64,000 bases of DNA from Myxococcales bacterium (GTDB taxonomy: Bacteria; Myxococcota_A; Polyangia; Polyangiales; Ga0077539): assembly GCA_016792845.1 (NCBI GenBank), contig JAEUKH010000018.1:74984-138983 (forward strand). The letters run 5' to 3'. Shown here piece by piece: positions 47,225 through 55,774 of this stretch (position 1 is the first letter of the stretch; the number at the start of each line of letters is the position of its first letter). The notes under the pieces were generated by a model. That model had not been told where the DNA came from. It searched no databases and worked only from the letters and a program-made list of their open reading frames with translations. A program made the translations under genes and the position numbers.

Positions 47225-47338
47225 CGGCTTTTGGGCCCCTCCGATGGGGTGTCTGCCCGCGTCTGCCTCGGGCTTCGTCGCGTCGCTGTCGATTGTGCTT
47301 GACGGTCTGTGTGCGAGGCTTCAGTCTCCGCATCCCGC

Positions 47339-47419
47339 TGCGAGGATGGCGGAATGGCAGACGCACTAGCTTGAGGTGCTAGCGGGTAACTCCGTGGGGG
47401 TTCAAGTCCCCCTCCTCGC
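47339..47419 (+). tRNA. tRNA-Leu (anticodon GAG), copy 2, identical to copy 1
   Basis: Same 81-nt sequence. Part of a ~233-bp tandem duplication that includes the upstream leader 'tccgcatcccgctgcgagg' and the downstream hairpin. Confidence 0.85.
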
Positions 47420-47425
47420 ACTCTT

Positions 47426-47459
47426 GAGAGCCTTGAATCAGCGATGGTTCAAGGCTCTC
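47426..47459 (+). terminator. Second copy of the 12-bp-stem hairpin after tRNA-Leu copy 2
   Basis: Direct read. Confidence 0.6.
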
Positions 47460-47488
47460 AGCCTTTGGGCCAACGTACGGAGGCATCG

Positions 47489-48343
47489 GTGGTGTCGCAG
47501 GTCTGGTGGTTGGTCGATGCCGCGGGCGAGCGTGCGGGGCGTCTGCACGCGGTGCCCGTGTCGGCGCAGCATGTCGGCTTGATGCTTCGGCCCGAACCCG
47601 AGGCCCGCCGCGCGCCGACCCTCGACGCGACCCGAGAGGCTTTGGCGCGCATGCACGCGTGGGCGCGCGAGGGCGGCCGGGCGGCGCTTGAGGCGCGGGT
47701 GCAGACCGAGCGCGAGGGGCAGCGCTTCGCGGCCTTCGCAGAGGTCGCAGACGAGGCGCTCCGCGGGGCTGACTTTGTCGAAGACGGCGGCCGGTGGGAG
47801 TTCTCGGCCTCGCTCGAAGACCCGCGCTTTCGCGAGACCATCGCGCGCTTTGACCGCGGGCCCCTGCGCTGGCAGGTGCTCACCCTCGGCCACGACGACG
47901 CCTTCGCGCGGGCGGCGGGGCTCCTCACGGCGACCGCTGCGGGCGACCCGGGCAGCGACGACGACGACGACGCGGTCGCGTTCTTGGCGGCGCTCCGCGA
48001 CGCGCCGGGCGAGGCCCTCGAGGTCATCGTGGGCTGCCTCGACGCGCAAGACCGCACGCTCGCCGTGGTGCAGGTCGCGGGGCCCTCGGCGACGGGTCGG
48101 GTGGTCTATCTCGGCGTCACCCCTTCGTGTCGGGGGCTCAAGCTCGGGCGACAAGCCTGGGCCCACGCCCTCGCGCGGCTCGGGGCCCTCGGGGCGCGGC
48201 ACTACGTCGGCGGCACACACCGCGACAATCGCCCCATGCTCTCGCTCTTCGGCGCCTTCGGTCTTGAGGCCAACCAGGCGCTCCGGCGCTATCGCCTTCG
48301 AACGAGCGCGGGCGCATTGCCAGCGGGCCGCCGTGGCCCCTAA
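47489..48343 (+). CDS. Putative GNAT-family acetyltransferase domain protein (start uncertain)
   Basis: Protein-like frame versus a clearly junk antisense frame. C-terminal 'VVYLGVTPSCRGLKLGRQAWAHALARL' resembles the GNAT acetyl-CoA-binding motif. The 5' end of the track ORF overlaps the tRNA terminator, so the true start is downstream. Confidence 0.5.
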   Translation: MVSQVWWLVDAAGERAGRLHAVPVSAQHVGLMLRPEPEARRAPTLDATREALARMHAWAREGGRAALEARVQTEREGQRFAAFAEVADEALRGADFVEDGGRWEFSASLEDPRFRETIARFDRGPLRWQVLTLGHDDAFARAAGLLTATAAGDPGSDDDDDAVAFLAALRDAPGEALEVIVGCLDAQDRTLAVVQVAGPSATGRVVYLGVTPSCRGLKLGRQAWAHALARLGALGARHYVGGTHRDNRPMLSLFGAFGLEANQALRRYRLRTSAGALPAGRRGP

Positions 48344-48352
48344 GGTTGCGGG

Positions 48353-49135
48353 GTGCTGAGCGTCGCGTGGGTCGAGGCCTTGTCGCCCTGGCGCCTCTTC
48401 GGCGGGGTGCTCGGGCTTTGGGTGTTGGTCTCTGCGCTGGCCTCGGCGCTGGGCTTTCTGGCCGAACGGGCGCTGCGCACGAAGACCCTCTTCGCGGTGC
48501 CGCGCTTCGCCGGGCAGTACCGCTTCGAGCTCTTGGGGAGCGCCGTCTTCGTGCTCACCGCCTCGGCCGCGGTGACCCTCGCGCTCTCGCGGCGCTGGGT
48601 GCATTTTTCGGCCTCGACGCCGCGCGACCACCTCGTGACCTTCGCGTCGATGACCCTGGGGTTTCAGGTCTTTTACTGGTTCGCCCACCGGGCCATGCAC
48701 CACCGCCGGCTGGTGTTCTTGCACCGCTGGCATCACCGCTCGCAGGTCACGACGCCCTTGACCGGGCAGTCGACCAGCCTGGGCGAGGCGCTGGTCTGGC
48801 AGCTCGGCTACGTGGGCCTCGCGGCGCTGTTGGCGCGGGCGTTACCGTTCACCTTTGAGGGCTGGGTGGGCTACCTGGTCTTCAACGTGTTCGGCAACGT
48901 CTTCGGGCACAGCAACATCGAGCCGACGGCCCCCGTCGCGGCCACCCGGTGGGCGACCTGGTTCGCCAACGCGTTCATCTACCACGCGCTCCATCACGCC
49001 CGGTGGACGGGGCACTACAGCTTTCAATCAGCCCTGATGGATCGCCTCATGGGCACCGAGTGGCCCGACTGGCCCGCGCTGTACGCCCAGATCGTCGCCG
49101 GGCGCCCGCTCACGTCGCTCAAGGCCCGCGGCTGA
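48353..49135 (+). CDS. Fatty-acid hydroxylase superfamily / sterol desaturase-family membrane enzyme
   Basis: Three His boxes 'HRAMHH', 'HRWHHRS', 'HALHH' in a polytopic membrane protein. Confidence 0.75.
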   Translation: MLSVAWVEALSPWRLFGGVLGLWVLVSALASALGFLAERALRTKTLFAVPRFAGQYRFELLGSAVFVLTASAAVTLALSRRWVHFSASTPRDHLVTFASMTLGFQVFYWFAHRAMHHRRLVFLHRWHHRSQVTTPLTGQSTSLGEALVWQLGYVGLAALLARALPFTFEGWVGYLVFNVFGNVFGHSNIEPTAPVAATRWATWFANAFIYHALHHARWTGHYSFQSALMDRLMGTEWPDWPALYAQIVAGRPLTSLKARG

Positions 49136-49222
49136 ATAGCTCGCGCACGATTTTCGTCGAAGCTTTTCACCCGCTGGGCGACCATCGGGATTCACTGAAT
49201 GAGCTTGAGAGAGGGGCGATCC

Positions 49223-49570
49223 ATGGCGAAGTCTGCGAAGCGTGAATGGGCTGCGTGTTTTGGGGTGTTGGCGCTCTTGGTCGGCGTCGGCACGGTCACC
49301 ACCTTCGCGGCGCCCCGAAGGGCCCAAGCGCAGCAGCAGCCCGCGCGCACCCCCGAGCAGATCTTCAACCGCGCCTGCGGCCGGTGTCACCCGGGCGGGG
49401 GCGAAGACATCGGCCCCGACATTCACAACGCCAACAAGACCGTCGAGCAGATGACCACCATCATTCGCAACGGCACCAAGCGCATGCGGCCCATCACCCC
49501 GGCGCGCCTGAGCGACCCCGACCTCGAAGCCATGCTGCCCTACCTCCGCAGCCTGCACGCCGTGCACTGA
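49223..49570 (+). CDS. Small secreted c-type cytochrome
   Basis: Signal peptide 'AACFGVLALLVGVGTVTTFAAP'. Single heme-binding motif 'CGRCH'. Confidence 0.65.
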   Translation: MAKSAKREWAACFGVLALLVGVGTVTTFAAPRRAQAQQQPARTPEQIFNRACGRCHPGGGEDIGPDIHNANKTVEQMTTIIRNGTKRMRPITPARLSDPDLEAMLPYLRSLHAVH

Positions 49571-49623
49571 GAGGCGCGCGCCGCGGGTTGCCTTCGCGGC
49601 ACACCTGTGGCCCGATCGCCGGA

Positions 49624-50232
49624 ATGGTGCCCCAACCCCTCGCCTTCGCCCTCGGCGCCCTCTCTTGGACGGCGGCCGAGTACGCGCTCCACCGTTTTGT
49701 CGGGCACGGGCCGAAGCTGCGCGTCCCCGAGGGGCTCGCGGCGCGGCTGAGCCCGCAGGGGCTCCTCGCGGGGTTTAACGCCGAGCACCTCGCTCACCAC
49801 GCCAACCCGCAGTATTTTGCGCCCACCGCGCACAAGCTCGCCGCCGCCGGGGTGGTGATCACGGGCCTCTACGCCCTCGGCCGCCCGCTCACCTCGCCCG
49901 CCACGGCGCGCGCCTTCGCTCTCGGCTTCGGGGTGTTCTTCGGGGGCTACGAGCTGCTCCACCGTCGCATCCACACGCACCCGCCGCAGACGGCCTACGG
50001 GCGCTGGCGACGGCAGCATCACCTTCAGCATCACCATCGCTCGCCCCGCGACAACCACGGGGTCACCCACAACCTCTTCGATGTGCTCGGCGGCACCGCG
50101 GTCGCCCTCGGGCGCGTGAAGGTGCCCCGTCGCCAGGCGCCCGGGTGGATGCTCACCCCCGACGGCGAGCTCAAGCCCGAGTACAGCGCCGCGTACGAGC
50201 TCGTCGGCACCCGCCCCGAGGCGCAGGGGTGA
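49624..50232 (+). CDS. Fatty-acid hydroxylase superfamily protein (CrtZ / sterol-desaturase-like, ~200 aa)
   Basis: His-rich motifs 'HRFVGH', 'EHLAHH', 'HRRIHTH', 'HHLQHHH' in a membrane protein. ATG at 49624. Its stop overlaps the start of the next gene (TGATG). Confidence 0.6.
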   Translation: MVPQPLAFALGALSWTAAEYALHRFVGHGPKLRVPEGLAARLSPQGLLAGFNAEHLAHHANPQYFAPTAHKLAAAGVVITGLYALGRPLTSPATARAFALGFGVFFGGYELLHRRIHTHPPQTAYGRWRRQHHLQHHHRSPRDNHGVTHNLFDVLGGTAVALGRVKVPRRQAPGWMLTPDGELKPEYSAAYELVGTRPEAQG

Positions 50233-51347
50233 TGTTTCACAGACGTTTCATCGCGTTTCATCTGGCGCTGAGCCTCGCCGGCTGCGCGGAGCCCGAGCCT
50301 GCCGCCGTCGACGCCGCGGGGGCGCTCGGCGACGCGGCCCTCGACGACCTCGGGGCCCCCGACGACGACGCGGCCTCGCGCTGCCCGGCGCGCCCCGAGG
50401 CTCCCGCGGCGTGGCGCCCGGGGCCGTCGCGCGGGCCTCAAGATGACAGCCTTCGGGTGAACCACCTCCAGGTCGAGGGCACCCACAACAGCTACCACCT
50501 GCGGCCCCCGAGGGTGATCGCCGAGTGGGACTACGCCATGGAGCCCCTCGACGTTCAGCTCGGTCAGCAAGGGGTCAGGGCCCTCGAGCTCGACCTCCGG
50601 TGGGACGCGACCTGCGAGCGTTTCAGAGTGTTTCACCTCCCGGGCCTCGACGCCCGCTCGACCTGCGACGCCTTCGTCGAGTGCCTCGCCGTCGTGCGCG
50701 ACTGGTCACACGCGCACCCCGGCCACCATGTGCTCTTCGTGCAGCTCGAACCCAAAGACAGCTGGGACGCTGAGACCGCCGAGCGGCGCCTCGTCGCCAT
50801 GGAGCGCGAGATCGTCTCGGTGTTTCACCGCGACCAGATCGTGACGCCGGGTGAGGTCCAGGGCGCGGCGCCGAGCCTCCGCGCGGCTGTCACGACCCGC
50901 GGCTGGCCGACCCTCGGCGAGACCCGCGGCCGGGTGCTCTTCTTCATCGACCGCAGCGACAGCCTCCGAGAGGTGTACACCCACGGCGGGCGCGACCTCG
51001 CCGGGCGCCTCGCCTTCATCGACGCCGAACACGACGCGCCCTACGCCGCCGTGCGGGTGCTGAACAACCCCGCCCACGCGGCCCTCGCGGCGGCCCTCGA
51101 CGCCAACTTCCTCGTGCGCGTCTTCAGCTGGACCGCCGGCGCCGCGCCCCTCACCGACCAGGAGCGCGACCTCGCCTTCGCCTCCGGCGCTCACATCGTC
51201 AGCACCGATTACCCCGGCGCCATGGCCCGCGATGGCCGCCCGGGCATCGCCGTGCCCGACGGCGCCCCCTCACGCTGCAACCCCGTCACCGCCCCGCGCG
51301 GATGCGCCGCAGCCGCCCTCGAAGCGCTCGGCGATGCGGGGCGATGA
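50232..51347 (+). CDS. PLC-like phosphodiesterase (Ca-dependent PI-PLC X-domain-like) lipoprotein
   Basis: Lipoprotein signal 'MFHRRFIAFHLALSLAGC'. 'LQVEGTHNSYHL' matches the PI-PLC-like TIM-barrel catalytic His motif. The gene is bracketed by GTTTCA x3 (5') and TGAAAC x3 (3') arrays. Confidence 0.65.
   Translation: MFHRRFIAFHLALSLAGCAEPEPAAVDAAGALGDAALDDLGAPDDDAASRCPARPEAPAAWRPGPSRGPQDDSLRVNHLQVEGTHNSYHLRPPRVIAEWDYAMEPLDVQLGQQGVRALELDLRWDATCERFRVFHLPGLDARSTCDAFVECLAVVRDWSHAHPGHHVLFVQLEPKDSWDAETAERRLVAMEREIVSVFHRDQIVTPGEVQGAAPSLRAAVTTRGWPTLGETRGRVLFFIDRSDSLREVYTHGGRDLAGRLAFIDAEHDAPYAAVRVLNNPAHAALAAALDANFLVRVFSWTAGAAPLTDQERDLAFASGAHIVSTDYPGAMARDGRPGIAVPDGAPSRCNPVTAPRGCAAAALEALGDAGR
50234..50260. 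repeat. GTTTCA x3 direct repeats (spacing 11 and 10 bp) at the 5' end of the PLC-like gene
   Basis: Direct read: GTTTCAcagacGTTTCAtcgcGTTTCA. AT-rich island inside the signal-peptide codons. Confidence 0.7.
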
Positions 51348-51372
51348 AACAAATCTGAAACACAGATGAAAC
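51345..51372. repeat. TGAAAC x3 direct repeats (spacing 11 and 11 bp) immediately after the PLC-like gene stop. This is the inverted counterpart of the 5' array.
   Basis: Direct read: TGAAACaaatcTGAAACacagaTGAAAC. Confidence 0.7.
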
Positions 51373-51475
51373 ATCATGCGAGATCGCGCCCGACGGCGAC
51401 ATGCGCGCGCTGTCGCACGAATACGGAGGTAGAAGACGATCTCCGGCACGCCACGCGCATCGCGGCGGTTGACCC

Positions 51476-52636
51476 ATGAGACACCGGCTCGCATCGCTTG
51501 GCTTCGCGGTCTTCATCTGCGCCGCGGCGTCGGCCCGCGCGCAGGGCACCGTCGAGCCCATCGGCACCCTCGAAGGTGACTATCGCCGCCATTCGCATGA
51601 ATTTGAAGGGCGCGACGGCTTCGTCATCCGCCGCGCGCGGGCGGGGCTGCGGTTTCGGCCGAGCGAGCGCTTCGACCTCAGGCTCGTGGCCGAGCTCGCG
51701 CGGGCGACGCCGGGCATCCTCGACGCGTTCGGCGCCGTACGGCTCATCGAGGGCTTTGAGCTCAACGTCGGGTACTTTCGTAACCCCAACATGCTCACCG
51801 GGCGCGACGAGCGCGCATGGATGACCCCCGTGCCCGAGCGCGCGATGATCACCGCGGCGCTCTGGCCGAACCGAGACCTGGGCTTCGAGGTGCATTGGTT
51901 TCCGCGGCGATGGCCTGTCGAGGTGTGGGCGCGGGCGGGCAACGGCGTGTCGAACCCGCTCGGGCCCGAAGACAGCACTCCGACGGCGGTGCTGCGGGTC
52001 GACGGGGCCTTCGGGCGGCTCCACGCCTGGGGTTCGCGCGGGCAGCGCTTGGGCTTGAGGGTGGGCGCCGCGGTAATGCGCGGCGATGCGCCCGAGCGCC
52101 CCGGGCCCGCGGGCGTCACCGAGATGGGGTTTCAGTTCTTCAGGCCCGTGACCATCGTGGGCGCGCGGCTCACCATGACGGGCCACCTGCGCGCCGTGGC
52201 GGGGCCGGTTCAGCTCACCGTCGAGGGCGGGTGGGAGCGCGACGCCCGCGCCCGCGACACCGACGACAACCCGCTCACGCCGCGCGACCCCGTCGGCGCG
52301 ATCGACACCTACGGCGCCATGGGCGAGCTCTCGTGGATGCTCACGGGCCACCACCGCGTGTCGGGCGAGTGGCCGTGGAGCCCGCGTCAAGACCGCCCCT
52401 ATGGGGCCATCGAGCTCGCCGCGCGGTTCGAACGGAGCTGGTTCGCGCAGGGCGCCGACGACGTGCCCGGCGGGGGCGTCGCCGCGGCGGCGGGGGCCCT
52501 CCGCTGGTGGCCCAATCGCTGGTCAGGGCTCGCGCTGGCGGTGTACCTCCATCGCTTCGACCGAGCCCCCCTCGAAGCCCCCGCGCAGACCTCGGGGTGG
52601 AATGCCGTGCTCAGGGCGGTCGTTCGGGTGCCATGA
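51476..52636 (+). CDS. Putative outer-membrane beta-barrel protein (phosphate-selective porin O/P-like)
   Basis: Signal peptide 'LGFAVFICAAASARAQG'. Alternating amphipathic beta-strand-like composition. C-terminal aromatic residues. The assignment is tentative. Confidence 0.5.
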   Translation: MRHRLASLGFAVFICAAASARAQGTVEPIGTLEGDYRRHSHEFEGRDGFVIRRARAGLRFRPSERFDLRLVAELARATPGILDAFGAVRLIEGFELNVGYFRNPNMLTGRDERAWMTPVPERAMITAALWPNRDLGFEVHWFPRRWPVEVWARAGNGVSNPLGPEDSTPTAVLRVDGAFGRLHAWGSRGQRLGLRVGAAVMRGDAPERPGPAGVTEMGFQFFRPVTIVGARLTMTGHLRAVAGPVQLTVEGGWERDARARDTDDNPLTPRDPVGAIDTYGAMGELSWMLTGHHRVSGEWPWSPRQDRPYGAIELAARFERSWFAQGADDVPGGGVAAAAGALRWWPNRWSGLALAVYLHRFDRAPLEAPAQTSGWNAVLRAVVRVP

Positions 52637-53454
52637 AGACCCTCCGGGCCCTCGCCGCGCTGCTCTTGGGCCTTTGGTTCGTGTCGGGGCTCCTCTTGTT
52701 CGTGTTTCAGCGACGTTTCATCTTCGCCTCGCCCGGCCCTACGGTGGCGCCGGTGGCCCCCGGGGCGCGCCGCCTCGACCTCGCGACGGGGGCCGGCTGG
52801 TCGGTCACGGCGCTGCACTGGCCGGCGCCGCGGGGGCACCGCACGGTGGTTCATTTTCACGGCAACGGCGAGCAGCTCGCGTGGCAGCGCGAGATGGCCG
52901 AGGCCTGGCGCGCCGCCGGCTACGGCGTGGTCGCGATGGAGTACCCGGGCTACGGCGTCATGGCCGACGTGGCCCCCTCGGAGGGGGCGCTGCTCAGAGC
53001 GGCTGAAACGCTGTTGCAACATCTTGAAACATCACCCGAGACCCCGAGCGAGCGCTTGATCTTGCAGGGCTTCTCGCTCGGCACCGGGGTGGCGATCGAG
53101 ATGGCGCGGCGCGGTCACGGCGGGGCCTTGGTGCTGCTCGCGCCCTACACCTCGATGCGCGAGATGGCGGCCCAACGGATGCCCCTTTGGCCCACCGGCT
53201 TGATGCTCCTCGACCGCTTCGAGAGCGCGTCGCGAGCGCCCGGGGTGCGGCAGCCCGTGCTCTTGCTCCACGGCGCCGAAGACACCCTGATCTTGCCCGA
53301 AATGAGCGAGCGCCTCGCGCGGCGCTTTCGCCGGGCCGAGCGGGCGGTGATCGACGGCGCGGGGCACAACGACCTCTTCGCCCGGGGCACCCCTGAGATC
53401 GTGGCGCGGTTGGCGCGCTTCGCCCCGCCCGTGATCGACGCCGCGGCGCGATGA
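52633..53454 (+). CDS. Alpha/beta-hydrolase (BEM46-like, N-terminal membrane anchor). ATGA overlap with the porin-like gene.
   Basis: 'LLLFVFQRRFIFASP' anchor motif. Nucleophile elbow 'GFSLGTG'. 'VVHFHGNGE' box. Confidence 0.8.
   Translation: MKTLRALAALLLGLWFVSGLLLFVFQRRFIFASPGPTVAPVAPGARRLDLATGAGWSVTALHWPAPRGHRTVVHFHGNGEQLAWQREMAEAWRAAGYGVVAMEYPGYGVMADVAPSEGALLRAAETLLQHLETSPETPSERLILQGFSLGTGVAIEMARRGHGGALVLLAPYTSMREMAAQRMPLWPTGLMLLDRFESASRAPGVRQPVLLLHGAEDTLILPEMSERLARRFRRAERAVIDGAGHNDLFARGTPEIVARLARFAPPVIDAAAR
52703..52720. repeat. GTTTCAgcGACGTTTCATC, a second GTTTCA pair, 17/19 identical to the segment at 50234-50252. It lies inside the hydrolase gene.
   Basis: Direct read. Confidence 0.6.
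53004..53030. repeat. TGAAAC / TGCAAC / TGAAAC array (spacing 11-12 bp), the inverted partner of the 52703 repeat. It lies inside the hydrolase gene.
   Basis: Direct read: TGAAACgctgtTGCAACatctTGAAAC. Confidence 0.6.
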
Positions 53455-53461
53455 GCGGCGT

Positions 53462-53707
53462 CTACGGCACGAGGGCGATGCAGTGGTAGATGCCGCGGCG
53501 GAGGGTGCAGCGGTTCGACCCGCCGCCGCGACGCATGGCCTCGATGCGGCGTTGGGGCTGGCAGCTTCGGGTGATGGTGGGGGGGCTGCGATCCATCGGG
53601 GTGCCCGAGCCGCGTCGAAAGATCACCGCGACGCGCCCCGGCGGGCAGTCAGGCCAGGCCCACAGGGTGCTCGGCACGAGGCAGAGGGCGAGCCAGGCGA
53701 GCCTCAC
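53462..53707 (-). CDS. Small secreted Cys-containing protein (~81 aa). GTG start overlaps the NMO stop (GTGA).
   Basis: 'VRLAWLALCLVPSTLWAWP' signal-like N-terminus. Four Cys. It lies within a longer track ORF whose upstream part is NMO antisense. Confidence 0.3.
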   Translation of the reverse strand: MRLAWLALCLVPSTLWAWPDCPPGRVAVIFRRGSGTPMDRSPPTITRSCQPQRRIEAMRRGGGSNRCTLRRGIYHCIALVP

Positions 53708-54663
53708 AGCCCGGCCCCGGGGATGCCCCGCACCGTGTCGACGTACTCGCGAATGAGGTCGTCGACGATCTCGCCGATGGGCTTGATCTCTTTGGCGAGG
53801 GCGACCCCTTGACCGGCGCTCCAGATGTCGCGCCAGCGCTTCGAGGCGCCGCCCTCGATGGCCTTCTGCACGGCCGCTTGCACGGCGGCCTTGTCGGCCC
53901 CGGGGGCGTCTTCGAGCCCGGGGATGGTCTCTCGCAGAAAGTTGGCGTGAACGCCGCTCACGGCGTCGGTGTAGACGATGGCCTCGGGGTTCGAGTTGAC
54001 CGTAAGGGCCTTGTAGCGCGGCTCGGCCCCGCACTCGGTCGAGGCGATGAAGCGCGTGCCCATGTACGCGAGCTCTGCCCCGAGGGTGAGGGCCGCCGCG
54101 ACCTGACGCCCGGTGGCGATGCAACCCGCTGCGATCACAGGTACTTTCAGGTGCTCGCGGAGGTACGGGTACAGCACGAAGGGTGAGGTCGAGCCCGCGT
54201 GGCCGCCGGCCCCCGCGGCGACGCCGATGATGCCGTCGGCCCCGGCCTCTTGCGCCTTGAGGGCGTGCTTGAGGTTGATCACGTCGTGAAAGACGGTGAC
54301 GCCCTTCTCGTGGGCGCGGCGCGCGAGCTCGGTGGGGTTGCCGTAGCTGGTGATGATCACGGGCACCCGCGCGTCGAGGCAGGCCTCGAAGTCTTGCTCA
54401 AGGCGCTCGGGCTCGGTCAAGCGGATGGTGAGGTTGATCGCGAAGGGGCGATCGGTGCGCGCGCGGATGAAGTCGAGGGCCTCGCGAAACTGCGCGTGGG
54501 TGCGGAGATTCAGCGAGGGCATCGAGCCGAGGATGCCGGCCTCGGCGGCGGCCACGATCATCTCTTTGTTCGAGATCAAGAACATCGGCGCGCACACCAC
54601 CGGGAAGCGCAGCCCCAGCTTCTTCGAGAGCGCGGTCTGGATCGTAGGCAAGCTCGTGGTCAT
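53704..54663 (-). CDS. Nitronate monooxygenase (2-nitropropane dioxygenase family, FMN-dependent)
   Basis: 'FPVVCAPMFLISNKEMIVAAAEAGILG', 'GADGIIGVAAGAGGHAG', 'VPVIAAGCIATGRQVAAALTLGAE'. ATG at 54663. Confidence 0.85.
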   Translation of the reverse strand: MTTSLPTIQTALSKKLGLRFPVVCAPMFLISNKEMIVAAAEAGILGSMPSLNLRTHAQFREALDFIRARTDRPFAINLTIRLTEPERLEQDFEACLDARVPVIITSYGNPTELARRAHEKGVTVFHDVINLKHALKAQEAGADGIIGVAAGAGGHAGSTSPFVLYPYLREHLKVPVIAAGCIATGRQVAAALTLGAELAYMGTRFIASTECGAEPRYKALTVNSNPEAIVYTDAVSGVHANFLRETIPGLEDAPGADKAAVQAAVQKAIEGGASKRWRDIWSAGQGVALAKEIKPIGEIVDDLIREYVDTVRGIPGAGL

Positions 54664-54871
54664 CGTCGGCTCATGGGCAGAGGGTTGCGAGGTGCGCGGG
54701 CGCCGAGAGTAGGCGCGAACGCGATCGACTTCATAGACTCTCGTGTCACTTCTTCGAGCCTCGCCGCGCGGCACGGGGGCGGCGCCCGAGGGGGTGCGGA
54801 GGGGCCCTTCGGCCGAGGGCGAGGGCGCGCAGCGAGCGCGAGGGGTGCTATGGGTGGGTCGGAGGCGAGCA

Positions 54872-55774
54872 GTGAGCGATTCAACGGTCTTTCGGGTGCG
54901 GGTTGACGGTCGGCCGCGTGACCTCGGCGGCTTCTCGGTGACCCGGGTGTTGCCGGCGATGGGGTGCAGGGCCGTGGGGCCGTTTGTGTTCCTCGATGAG
55001 ATGGGGCCGGCGGTGTTCGCGGCGGGCAAGGGCATCGATGTGAGGCCGCACCCGCACATCGGGTTGAGCACCGTGTCGTTCTTGTTTGAGGGTGAAATTG
55101 TGCACCGTGACAGCCTCGGGGTGAAGAAATCGATCACCCCCGGCGCGGTGAATTTGATGACCGCCGGGCGGGGCGTCACACACTCCGAGCGCAGCAGCGA
55201 GGCCGCCCGCGCCGCGGGGCAACGCTTGCACGGGTTGCAGTTCTGGGTAGCCCTTCGGCAGGAGCACGAAGACGACGCGCCGGGCTTCTGGCACTACCCC
55301 GCGAGCGAGATCCCGAAGGGCGAGGTCGCCCCGGGCGTCGAGGCCACTGTGGTGGTGGGCGAAGCCGCGGCGATGCGCTCGCCCGTGGTGCACCCCAGCG
55401 AGCCCCTCTTGGTGATCTTCGACATGGCCCCCGGGGCGGTGATGGTGTTGCCCGCACGCCCGCTCGAGCTCGCCCTCACCGTGGTCGACGGCGCCGTCGA
55501 GGTCAACGGCGAGGCCCTCGCGCCGCATACCTTGGGCGTCCTCTACGACGACCGTGAGGTCACCGTGCGCGCCTGCGAGCCCTCGCGCGTCGCCCTCTTC
55601 GGCGGCCCCCACCTCGACGGCCCTCGCTTCATCGAGTGGAACTTCGTCGCCACCACCCAGGCCCGCATCGAGGCCGCCAAGACCCGCTGGCGCGCCCGCG
55701 AGTTCGCCCCCGTGCCGGGCGACGAGGTCGAGTTCATCCCCCTGCCCGAGGCGGGCCCTCAGACGGGCCACTAG
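54872..55774 (+). CDS. Pirin-family protein (cupin)
   Basis: GGAGG RBS 7 nt before GTG. 'GPFVFLDEMGP', 'HPHIGLSTVSFLFEGEIVHRDSLG', 'LMTAGRGVTHSE' conserved pirin blocks. Confidence 0.85.
   Translation: MSDSTVFRVRVDGRPRDLGGFSVTRVLPAMGCRAVGPFVFLDEMGPAVFAAGKGIDVRPHPHIGLSTVSFLFEGEIVHRDSLGVKKSITPGAVNLMTAGRGVTHSERSSEAARAAGQRLHGLQFWVALRQEHEDDAPGFWHYPASEIPKGEVAPGVEATVVVGEAAAMRSPVVHPSEPLLVIFDMAPGAVMVLPARPLELALTVVDGAVEVNGEALAPHTLGVLYDDREVTVRACEPSRVALFGGPHLDGPRFIEWNFVATTQARIEAAKTRWRAREFAPVPGDEVEFIPLPEAGPQTGH

Noticed and set aside
47145-47421. Short minus-strand ORFs (47145..47366, 47215..47421) over the tRNA duplication
   Set aside because: They overlap the two tRNA-Leu genes and are internally repeated because of the tandem duplication. 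They are not coding.
47438-48736. 432-aa minus-strand ORF opposite the GNAT-like and desaturase genes
   Set aside because: His/Arg/Gly/Glu-rich nonsense. The plus-strand products are protein-like.
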